In this document: positions 54,490 to 64,000 of the stretch, piece by piece
How positions within the stretch are numbered: the stretch's first letter is position 1
Layout: each line of letters begins with the position of its first letter
Source: Nitrosopumilus sp.
Lineage (GTDB): Archaea > Thermoproteota > Nitrososphaeria > Nitrososphaerales > Nitrosopumilaceae
Reading direction: 5' to 3'
NCBI GenBank assembly: GCA_965207445.1
Contig: CBDBLX010000002.1
Location: 544,001-608,000, forward strand
Length of the DNA stretch: 64,000 nt
Notes under the pieces: generated by a model
Database searches by the model: none
What the model was told of the DNA's origin: nothing
Seen by the model: only the letters and a program-made list of their open reading frames with translations
Translations under genes and position numbers: made by a program

Positions 54490-56390
54490 GTAACTATTTT
54501 GCTTTTTGAAGTGGACACTTAAATTCTTATGATTATATACTGTGATAATTTTGGTTTAAAAAACTTGATCAAAAAGTCGGAATAATTTAACGTTAGGGTG
54601 TTAAATCAAAACGCTTCCATCTATCATTAAGAGTGAATAAAATGATAGACAGGAACGATATTAGATCATCGCAAAAATGTGTTTAGGCGATCAGTGTGAC
54701 TGGAATTGCAAGTGTCAATTATTTGCAGGAGGAGAGAACATAGTTGTGCTGCTCAGAACCTCGTGATAAAAACGCACAACATGCAAAAAACCATGTCTCA
54801 AAAGTGATTGCGAGTGTTGTAAGTAGTGGTTGCGCAATACCGATTGACACAATATTGCAAGAGTCATCGAATTCAAAGAAAAAAATAACGGCCAATGGTG
54901 TGTCTGAGATGCTACAAGATGTCAACACGTTAAAGACACAAAATGAAGAATTGGCCAAGGACAATAAAAAATATCAAAAGATCAACAAAGAGCTAAGAGC
55001 CAAGAAAAACGACATCAAGGCAGTCACTGCTAGTGATAAACTTGACAAAACGCCAGGTGAAAATAAATCAAGAGTAGAACAAAGGGGCAAAAAGCTACCA
55101 AAACTACGCGCCCCGTAGACATAGCCAGAACAGAGGTGATAGATGGCACTACATGCCCACAATGCAAAAACTTATTCTCATCGACCATAACAGACGAGTA
55201 TGACAGGGTGGTGGTCCAAATTATCACAACAATCAAAGAGTATGTCAAGTTTGATATCAAATGTCGCTGGTGTAGTAAATGCAAAAAGCAAGTGCAGCAA
55301 CCCATTTCAAATGTAAGGCCTCATGCACGCCGTTCAACTAATCATTCTGCAACCACAGTCACACTAAACATGAAAGGTCTATCACACGCAAAGACTGCAG
55401 AATTCAGCAAAGATGTCATGCAAGTTGAGATCTCCCCATCAGCGGCATATTGTGACAAGTTCACATGCCAAAGCACAAAAACCAAAACACGATGAGATCA
55501 AACAAAAAATTTTGAACAAAAGCGAGTTAGGCTGTGATGAGTTTGACTGGCCTGGGGCAAACAAAAAACATGCGTGCGGTTTAATTGCGCTCGGAGACGA
55601 CTGTTGTCTAATAGAGATAACTGACAACAAAACAATATCCACCCTCAAAAAATTCCTGCCAAAATACAATGGACTAGTACGGCATGACTCTAATCCATCA
55701 TGGGGTCACATTGGAATACAACATCAGATGTGTTTGTCACATCCGCTTCGACTGCCAAAAAAAGACATCCAATATGTGAATCCAAAAGGTGCAGTACTAC
55801 GATTTCTCAACACATTAGTTCAAATATTCAAACAATTCTATAAAGCAGATGAAATAGACGATCCTCACACACGACAAGTGGCCTCATATTGTTTGGACAG
55901 CCAACTGCGCCAACTAATGAACAATGATTGGACAAAGGAAAAAGACTGGGACGGCGACAAAGAGGGCATAATAAACAGATTCAAAAAAAGAGATGGAGAC
56001 GCGAATGATACCATATGAGCACCTTTTTACACATAAAGGGTATACCACCAGACAATAATGACGTTGAACGAACTAATCGAATATTTGTATCCATAAAAAA
56101 TGATGGTGGTGGAAACAGAACGTCTCGTGGTATGGAGGACAACTCAATATTATTCACACTGCTTGCAACAGGTAAGATCAGCGGCGAGAGCTTTTTTGAT
56201 ATGTTATGCAAGGGATACAAACCTGGCTAAAACTACAGAATCATTAATGTCCATCTGCGTATTGTAATCAACTACGCGCTATCATTGCCAATTGATTATA
56301 TGTGAATATACAATGCCGAGATCATCACGATCAGAGAAATGCGCATGATCATTTACCTTATGTGTGCACTTCAAAAAGCAAAATAGTTAC
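54490..56390 (+). mobile_element. IS66-family (single-ORF, ISBst12-like) element with frameshifted transposase
   Basis: 29-bp TIR GTAACTATTTTGCTTTTTGAAGTG(G/C)ACAC; fragments 54744-56230 give coiled coil, CPQC/CSKC zinc finger, DE, HQMCLSH, PPDNNDVER. Confidence 0.88.
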
Positions 56391-57528
56391 GGTAAGGATG
56401 GCAAAATTTCAGAAATCACAGTTCAACACTATACCATACTTGAAAAGTACGAAAAGGATCTGTTGGAAAAAATTCCAAGCACAATGATCAAACTAGAGAA
56501 AAAGTTCAAAGACGCACCCACTAGCTAGCCGAGCGTCCCTTGGACGTGGTGATGCGGGGGTCGTCAATACGTGGCGCGGACTGGCTACCATTGTATCGCA
56601 AAGGCGGATCTCGTATCTTGCCCATTGGATCTGGTATCTTGACACTCTGCTTTGATGTATCCGTCATACATACTCTATGCAGTACGATAATTTAAGAGTT
56701 TTAGAGACAGTCGACTCGTACAAACTGTCAAATCTAGCGTAATCCTTTTGGCGCACTTCAATCGTGCAAATATTCTTATTTTCAAGTACTAAATGTAGAG
56801 TATCATCGATGTGCAGTAATTCATGCTCATTTGGCATACGATTACAAAGTACCAATGTAAACATACCCTACTGTTGAATTTAATCTGATTTGGGCTCGAT
56901 CTTTGGTATCTGGATTCGTGCCTGTCAACACATAGAATCGAGATTGGAGAGTACGTAACACTACTGGTTGGGACTGAGTTTGTTTCAATTCGAATTCTGC
57001 AAAGAATGAATTCCGATGAAGCTCGCATATCTCCTTTTAAACACACGCTTTCCAATGCATAGATTCAAAGATATTCGCATATGACCCTGTTGGTTAAGTT
57101 CGAGCGCATTTTAGCACGAAAATTGAAGAATCGCTTATAAGGATCCAACATAGATACTTACAAGACAACTTAATAGCACGAGTATGATATATGACGGCTC
57201 TGTTAGTGTTTTGGACTGATTGATCTAGACCTGTAAACTAGAAAACGCCCCCAGCCAATAATTGCATAGAGCAGCACAGACAAACCAGTATTGCGAAGAC
57301 CCTAATCAATCTCCGCAAGTGTTGTTCCAAATACCTCAAGAAAATGCTCTGAGCGCATATGGCATTGCACTGTAAACTCGTGAACAGTTCTGAACTGTTC
57401 AGGATTGTATGGTTGTAATGATAGTACTACAACTACTGTTATTGATACGAAGCCTACAAAAAACAGTCTTTTGCTTTTCATAATAAAAATAACTCGCGTG
57501 GGCGATCATAATGTGACGTATACAGGAA

Positions 57529-58164
57529 TCATTGTCTTGCTTCAGACATTACCGATGAAATACTTCGTCCCTCTGAGAACAGTTCGTTATACGCACGGTT
57601 ATTCTGAATTTTGTACTTGCCAAATTCACCAAGCTTGACGTACAGTACATCATCACTTATTATGTCATGTGGATCTTGTGCCACGTGCACAATAACTCGC
57701 TCGCCCAACTCATAGTGTTCTTCTCCGCCGTCAAGATACAGCACGTTGTTTAACAGTTTGCCAGTTATTACGACAGTTACGACTGAGCCACGATCCAATT
57801 GGTTTTTGGCCTTTCCGGTTTCATCAACTTCGATGTCCACCTGTATTTTGACGTTATTGCCACGCGTCTCAGCATACCCTGCAGATTTTGGGGTGGGATC
57901 TGTCCACGGGATTGGTTCTGAGACGTGAACCACTGTGCCCATGATTGTGTAATCTACTGCGTCTTTGACCTTTTTTATATCCGTAGTAGTCCAGCTTGCA
58001 TCTCCCTGAACTACATCAGTTACAGAACCTAGTGAGTGAGCAATGTTCGAAGGAACATAAGGTGCGCTTGCAGTGTTTGGCAGATGCACTTCAGATACGA
58101 TCAGTGTCGAAACGGCAGCTATTCCAATGGCTGCGACTATTGTCATCAGGTACATGTTTTTCAT
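57529..58164 (-). CDS. Secreted partner of second protease (paralog of 1086-1670)
   Basis: N-terminal hydrophobic segment; DYTIMGTV...VDIEVDE..K...VTVVITGK...LGERVIVHV; starts 1 nt after protease stop. Confidence 0.7.
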   Translation of the reverse strand: MKNMYLMTIVAAIGIAAVSTLIVSEVHLPNTASAPYVPSNIAHSLGSVTDVVQGDASWTTTDIKKVKDAVDYTIMGTVVHVSEPIPWTDPTPKSAGYAETRGNNVKIQVDIEVDETGKAKNQLDRGSVVTVVITGKLLNNVLYLDGGEEHYELGERVIVHVAQDPHDIISDDVLYVKLGEFGKYKIQNNRAYNELFSEGRSISSVMSEARQ

Positions 58165-58165
58165 T

Positions 58166-58782
58166 TTAATACCCCCAATTTACCTGTGTTATGTCCCCGC
58201 TTCCAATTTGACTGTAGGTTGAGCTGCTGCTATCCTTCATCATGGTGTGAGTGCGGTACACATTGTCATGGTGAGTCATTCCCGCAAAGTGTCCGTATTC
58301 ATGGTTTGCTATCCAATCCAGATTCGGTCTAACAGACAAGCATGATTGATCTTCCTGCCAGTCAATGGATGAATTGTTGTTGAATTCGATATCTTTGTAT
58401 TCGTTTCCTTCCGTAGTGTTTACAACAAGATCAGCTTTGGCAGCTTTACTTGTATCGCTGTCGTAAAACGAACTGATACGCGACTCGTATGTGTCACAAC
58501 TAGTATCGTGGGTGATGTTAAAATCGGTATTATCGTCCATCTCGTCTTCTCCAAGCTGAATCTGACCTGCCACTGTTGAGCCTCGGTTTGTGTTACCTTC
58601 GTACTTCATGGCATTCAACGAAGTGATGTCATAACATACATTCACCGTAGAAGATGAAAATTTGTAAGTGAAGGCGTATCACTATGGGCTAGAACGCCCG
58701 GTACTATGGAAAATCCTGTAACCATAAATGCAAGCAGCATTAATGTTAGCGCCGATGATGTTTTGGTTGTTTTCAAAGTCAT
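58166..58782 (-). pseudogene. Second matrixin-like protease, frameshifted after its signal peptide
   Basis: Signal peptide MTLKTTK...PGVLA|HSD in one frame; mature domain with HEYGHFAGMTH and Met-turn TMM in another; shift near 58680. Confidence 0.75.
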
Positions 58783-59229
58783 TGCACATACTTACGATAC
58801 TGCGTTATATAAGGAGGTTAAACCGAATCTGGAGTGCCTTTTTGTCTGTAAGATCTGACACTGATCTGCAAGGAACAGCCACGCTATACGAATGGTATAG
58901 ACGCAAAGCCCCCACTACGCGTGCCGTCCACTAGGATCCCATGCTGACCAAATCCGGTAGGCGCCAGCCGTATAGACAAAACAACACTCCTCGAACGTGA
59001 GCAACAAGGCCATCCAGGAGGTGTACGCAGACATGGGCAGAACATGGAGATGGAAGTGGGTTACATGGCATCCCCACCCCTCTATTGCAGAGTTCGAATC
59101 GAAACTAGCTCGAACTTAACTAGGTGCTGGTGCCAATTCGTGACATGACCATCTCCCCGAATCCATATTATGAATTGGAGCCACTACCTACCAAAGCACT
59201 ATTCATTGAGAACGAGATTGCATAAACAC

Positions 59230-60380
59230 GGCATGTGCACGGAGGAGATGATCAGTGCAGGGACGGCATCCAGGTACTATTCGACCAGCTACTGCCAGTG
59301 GGTCTGAAAGTAATTGGTGTCCAGCTTTAGCAGGCCCGTGTGGCTGAGCATCATCTCCTTTTTGATCAGTGCCGCTAGGGGTGAGTCCCTTGAGAGCGTC
59401 TCTTTGTTGATTTTGTTAAAGTACCTCCTGAACCCGTTCATGATCGGGACCTCGTGGTTACTCTGCCCTATCTTGAGCAGGTCCCTGATGTCCGCCTTTT
59501 TGAGGACCTTGTTGAGCATGTTTGCCACGTGTCGCAGCTGAGCGGTATCGGCCTGTCCCCTGCCGCTTGAGAAACCTGTCCTTTGGCTGCGGGTTGCGCA
59601 TTACGCTTGCGCGCCACTGCGTGCGGTATGTCTTGACTGCCTCCCACACCTCTGGCGTGAACATTGCAAAATACTGTTCGTTTGAGCCGGAATATATGGT
59701 GATTATGCTGCACGCCACGTCGGACTCTCCCGAGTCGTCGTGTCTTCCCATTACAAACCTGCCGTTGACCCTGTATACGGGCCTTGTGCAGTCCCACGTA
59801 AAGTCAAACCCTCCGTGCCTGATTCCGGACGACGACGGACTCGAGCGGGTTGGCAAATTTCAGGATCGTGACGATCTCCTCACTGGTATACACCCTGGTG
59901 TCTTGGTTGGTTTCGGGCTCCGGGTATGTCGAGTCGATCCACTCCTGAAAGTGGACGCCGTTCATCTTGAACATCTTCTTGATGGGCTTAAACATGTTGG
60001 GTACGTTGTTGGGGCTAAAATGGTCCGGATCCTCTGCGGGCCTTTCGCACCGCTTGCGGAGGCGCGTCGAGTATGCAAACAGTATGCCGGTCACCTCGTC
60101 CGGGTTCTCCTTTGCCTTTTGCACGATCTCGTTTGCCCGCTGCGCAAAGTACGCGTCAAGCACCGCGCAAATCCTCTTGTTATCGCCATCTGCGAGGCGC
60201 ACCTTTCTCTGCTTTTCACGCATTTGGATCGCCGTCCAGATAGTCTTCTAGGGTGCCGCACAAAAAGTCCATCAGTCTCCTTTCGTAGGTCTGGCGCGTC
60301 ACGTCAGACTTGATGCAGCTCCGGAAGTGTCAGTGTATCGCCGGTGGTTTCCATGATATTTCCTCTGCTCAGTCTCATTT
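59230..60380 (-). pseudogene. Tyrosine recombinase/integrase, fragmented
   Basis: Three frames: YTSEEI, SSGIR (catalytic R), NGFRRYF, MLSH, LDTNYF (Tyr); adjacent to tRNA-Lys 3' end; boundaries approximate. Confidence 0.8.
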
Positions 60381-60427
60381 GCATGTATCTATATGCGTAG
60401 TGTCCTTTATGTGTGTCAAAAATGATG

Positions 60428-60501
60428 CGGGTCTAAAGGGATTCGGACCCTTGACAACCGGATTAAAAGTCCGGTGCGCTACCTGGCTGCGCCATAGACC
60501 C
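60428..60501 (-). tRNA. tRNA-Lys(TTT)
   Basis: GGGTCTA...TAGACCCG, anticodon loop CT-TTT-AA; T-loop reads TCCGAAT. Confidence 0.93.
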
Positions 60502-60604
60502 ACTTATGTAATGTCTCTTTAAAGCCAATTTAGTCTTTTGTCGTGCTACATTTCAGAATAACATATCAGAAACTTTTAATCTACCTTTTTTGACTCAAAT
60601 GTGT

Positions 60605-60682
60605 GCCCTTGTAGTATAGCCAGGTCTAGAATTCGGCCCTGTCACGGCTGAGACGCGTGTTCAAATCCCGCCGAGGGCGCCA
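60605..60682 (+). tRNA. tRNA-Asp(GTC)
   Basis: GCCCTTG...CGAGGGCGCCA, anticodon loop CT-GTC-AC. Confidence 0.93.
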
Positions 60683-61224
60683 TACTTTTACAAAATGATT
60701 GTAGATGTTTTATGGCTACAAATACATGCGCATGTGATAATTGTTTTTGTTACACTTTTTACATGATATCTTGATACATGGCGTGACTCGTCAATTTTTT
60801 ATTTTAATATTAATGAATTATAATGCATTGTTGACATTTTTGTATATGTGCATTTATTACATTAAAAATAAAATTCAAGTTATATTATTATGTTTAATAT
60901 AATTATTATTTTATTTAACATCATTTAATATATTTTATTCATATATTACATTGTACTGATAATTATTGCAAATGTTAAATGTGTATATTAAATTATATTT
61001 TGTTTTTTATACATTGATTTTTGGCAACAAATTTTTATATACTTTTATATTTTTAACTATTAAAGTTTTTTATTGTTTATGGTAATTTTTTGATGTGATT
61101 TTTGTAATTTACATGTAGATACTTTTATCATGTTTGTTATAATTGATGTAATGATTCAAACTAAATATTCATTTTCTAAAAACCCAAATACATGTGACTT
61201 TTTAAAAAGGCAAATAGTATACAC

Positions 61225-61680
61225 TTGATAATGAAGATTGTAATTAGGACTGCCATTGTTTCTGATGTGGATATAATACTTGACTTGTTGTATGAGCTTG
61301 AAAGGCCCCGACCTACAAATAAATCTGATTTACAAATTTTTAAAGATATCATATTACAGTACATTACTGGTAAGGATAAAACATTGATTGTAGCAGAATA
61401 TGATAAACTAGTTGTAGGATTATCAAGTATAATGTTTCTTTTACGATGCAACCAAAAGCAGATGGAAATGTATATTCCAGAATTGATAATTCGACACCAG
61501 TACCAAAACTGTGGAATTGGAAAGATGTTAATCAAACATTGTGTATCGCTTGCGCGCGAAAAAAATTGCTATAGAATTCGACTAGAATCAGGCAACTGGC
61601 GAAAAAACTCGCATATGTTTTACAAACACATGGGTTTTTCACAATCTGCACTGTCGTATGATCTTTTGATGTCTGATTGA
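61225..61680 (+). CDS. GNAT acetyltransferase
   Basis: YQNCGIGKML motif A, H.FY...GF. Confidence 0.88.
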   Translation: MIMKIVIRTAIVSDVDIILDLLYELERPRPTNKSDLQIFKDIILQYITGKDKTLIVAEYDKLVVGLSSIMFLLRCNQKQMEMYIPELIIRHQYQNCGIGKMLIKHCVSLAREKNCYRIRLESGNWRKNSHMFYKHMGFSQSALSYDLLMSD

Positions 61681-61780
61681 CTAAACCCTGTGTAAATTGA
61701 TCTTTAATGTGCCAAATTGTGTGTTTGAGATGCCATTTTTGCGATAATATTAAAATTCAAGCAGTTAAGAGGCTCTAGTA

Positions 61781-62590
61781 TTGCCCGAGGCAGATAACAA
61801 TACTAGCACTGAAAAGTCTACTCAGACACCAAATGAGCACAAAGATGATAATGATGATGATGGTGCATCTGATACACCTGTTGCCACAACACCTCAAACC
61901 ATCTCAACTAGTGACGAAAAATCCACGTCTACTGATGATGATGCAAAAACCAAATCTTTGAACAAAGACACTACTACAAATGAAGAGTTGACAGAGTCAC
62001 AGATCGCAATGAAAAAAGCAGAAGAGGCAGTCAAAGCAGCAGAGGCTGCAGAAGCAGATGCCAAACTAGCTGCAAAGAGAGCCGCATCTGCTAAAGCAGA
62101 AGCAGAAGCTGTAATTGAAAAAGAGTACAAGGCATTAGCGACACAGATAAAATCTAGTACTGTCAAAAAAAATCCATACACATACAAACGAGAGTCCGAA
62201 GCTATATTTCGGCGTGATATGGGTGAGCCTGAGTTCTTTCTTGATAAAAAAGATCGATTTCCACGACCTATTTTGACTCCACAACAACAAGAGTCTTTGA
62301 CTAGACAAGCTGAGACTCCACGGGACCAAACTCCTGAATACATCCCAGAGCATGTTTTAAGTCCCGAGTTCAAAGGTCTCACAAACTATGAGCGTGGAGT
62401 TGATTCTTACTTGCAAGAGTTATACGAAAAACTGAATATATTAAAAAAGACACCAAATCATAATATTGCTAGTATTTCAAAACTTAAATCTCAAATAGCA
62501 TATTTAGAATCTTTACATGAGAATTATTATCTTGGAATGAATGTATTTCGTACTGCAAAGGGTGGAAGATCAAAAATTACGGCACGGTGA
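61781..62590 (+). CDS. Hypothetical protein with low-complexity/Ala-rich coiled N-terminus
   Basis: Open frame with an ordered C-terminal region (YERG.D...LGMNVFRTAKGGR). Confidence 0.65.
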   Translation: MPEADNNTSTEKSTQTPNEHKDDNDDDGASDTPVATTPQTISTSDEKSTSTDDDAKTKSLNKDTTTNEELTESQIAMKKAEEAVKAAEAAEADAKLAAKRAASAKAEAEAVIEKEYKALATQIKSSTVKKNPYTYKRESEAIFRRDMGEPEFFLDKKDRFPRPILTPQQQESLTRQAETPRDQTPEYIPEHVLSPEFKGLTNYERGVDSYLQELYEKLNILKKTPNHNIASISKLKSQIAYLESLHENYYLGMNVFRTAKGGRSKITAR

Positions 62591-62594
62591 CTTT

Positions 62595-63680
62595 ATGACA
62601 GACGACAACAAGATTAATTTTGATATAATAAATGTCCGTGTGACATTCAAAAACGTTCCAATGCATACGCTCTCAAAATTCGTGTTTGATGATATTGACA
62701 ACGCTGCAAAAGAGTTCAAAAATATTCGGGGTGTTGATGAGTGCATTATAGTACAGACTGCAAGTCGTGTTGAGATATTTGCAGTAAGTGATAATGTATC
62801 TGTAAGTGATCTTGATTTACGACGAGCAGATGGACAGAACATGATACTTAACAAGATTAAAGAGACTTGGATATCTATGTCTAATCTGGATCAAATTGAT
62901 ATTGATCATATTGATCAGACAATTGAAGTATACATGGGTGAAGGTGTGTATAGAAATTTACTGCGTCTTGCTACTGGACTTGACTCTATTGTTGTGGGCA
63001 AACAAGAGATATACGATGAGATTGTTCATGCGTCTACTGTTGCAAAATCTGCAGGTGTATCTGGTCCCATACTTGATAAACTATTTACATCAGTTATTCG
63101 TATTGCAAGCCACATACGTGAATCCACTGAGATTGGCGATGACGTAACATCTCTTGGTGACGTTGCAATTAAGATCGTGTCTGAAAAGGCAGGTATTGAT
63201 TCTAAAAAGAAGATCCTATTGATAGGAACCGGTGAGCCTGCCGCTATGCTTGCCAAAGCACTGATAAAGGGAAATATGTCCTTTGATGTTGCTAGTCGAC
63301 TGCTTGTAAGAGCTGCGGGTTTTGTAAAGATACTTGGTGGTGGCACTGCAGTAGAATTTGAGTCTGCACTTGCAACTTTTGACAAATATGACATTGTTTT
63401 GGTTGCTACTACCTCTGATTACTTTTTGATTACTTATGAACGCATTCATCTTGTAATGGAAGAAAAGAAAAAGGGGACTTTGATACTTGATCTCTCTGAC
63501 CCTCGAACAGTTGATGAGGGTGTTACAGCATTTCCTGGTGTTAAACTACTGTTTAGAGATCAAGTGTACGAACTCTATCTTGAAAATGCCATGGCTCATG
63601 AAGCTTTGGTCCCTGTTGTTGAAAAGATAATTGAGAAAGAACTGCCTGTACTGTCTGTCCAAATGAACTCGACTAGTTAA
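62595..63680 (+). CDS. Glutamyl-tRNA reductase-like paralog (atypical active site)
   Basis: GLDS.VVG..EI, IRESTEIG, DLS.PR.VD; QTASRVE replaces STCNRxE; no dimerisation tail. Confidence 0.8.
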   Translation: MTDDNKINFDIINVRVTFKNVPMHTLSKFVFDDIDNAAKEFKNIRGVDECIIVQTASRVEIFAVSDNVSVSDLDLRRADGQNMILNKIKETWISMSNLDQIDIDHIDQTIEVYMGEGVYRNLLRLATGLDSIVVGKQEIYDEIVHASTVAKSAGVSGPILDKLFTSVIRIASHIRESTEIGDDVTSLGDVAIKIVSEKAGIDSKKKILLIGTGEPAAMLAKALIKGNMSFDVASRLLVRAAGFVKILGGGTAVEFESALATFDKYDIVLVATTSDYFLITYERIHLVMEEKKKGTLILDLSDPRTVDEGVTAFPGVKLLFRDQVYELYLENAMAHEALVPVVEKIIEKELPVLSVQMNSTS

Positions 63681-63691
63681 ATCCGTACGTG

Positions 63692-63856
63692 CTATTTTTG
63701 TTTTCGTAAGACAAACTGCACTACTGCTTCTCGAGAATACTCTATCCCGTGCATAGTCTCCATGTGTTCTCTGAAATTCTCAACTACGTAATCTTGTTCT
63801 CCTTCTATACTATAATCACACTCAAACCCATAATCTCTACAGGCTAGCCTTATCAT
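63692..63856 (-). CDS. DUF1059-like small metal-binding protein (54 aa)
   Basis: Hand-translated MIRLACRDYGFECDYSIEG...EHMETMHG. Confidence 0.8.
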   Translation of the reverse strand: MIRLACRDYGFECDYSIEGEQDYVVENFREHMETMHGIEYSREAVVQFVLRKQK

Positions 63857-64000
63857 GTTAATCTTGTTTGTTGCACTAGATTATAAAAATCAACTCGAGT
63901 ACAACACATTAACGTTCTTTGATCATCAAATTAACTATCCATATGATTCATATTTTATACTAAAACTACCGTCTGGCTTTTTATCGTGCTCTGTTACAAA

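Noticed and set aside
56540..57400. Short minus-strand ORF fragments
   Set aside because: Probably decayed coding DNA, but no recognisable motif
59522..60313. 263-aa plus-strand ORF
   Set aside because: Antisense shadow of the GC-rich integrase pseudogene

Overview
Archaeal DNA with the gene content of an ammonia-oxidising Nitrososphaerota (Nitrosopumilaceae-like) genome. The core backbone includes FNR, ilvE, trm112, hisS, aIF6, tandem ferredoxins, rfcS-GINS-mcm-hel308, archease, trxA, aIF5B-ndk-rpl24e-rps28e-rpl7ae, Alba, sdhACDB, argH and a HemA-like gene, plus four tRNAs (Ala-GGC, Ser-TGA, Lys-TTT, Asp-GTC). Many core proteins carry Asn/Asp/Thr/Ser microsatellite-like insertions. Three accessory patches lie 3' of tRNA genes. 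(1) 1-1950: RHH regulator, secreted matrixin-like protease and a partner protein. (2) 11.1-14.8 kb: IS5/ISL2-like transposase with a large insertion, a 13-bp minisatellite and a RelE toxin-antitoxin pair. (3) about 45.2-60.4 kb: giant Ig/HYR surface protein, histidine kinase, PIN remnant, GT39, IS66 element, a second matrixin+partner cassette and a decayed tyrosine integrase. The most notable signal is the twice-occurring metzincin protease + partner cassette, where the partner has a TIMP/NTR-like pattern and may be an inhibitor. Also seen are an 80-bp IS66-type MITE family and a split aIF5B gene. All calls come from motif recognition by eye; no database searches were run.
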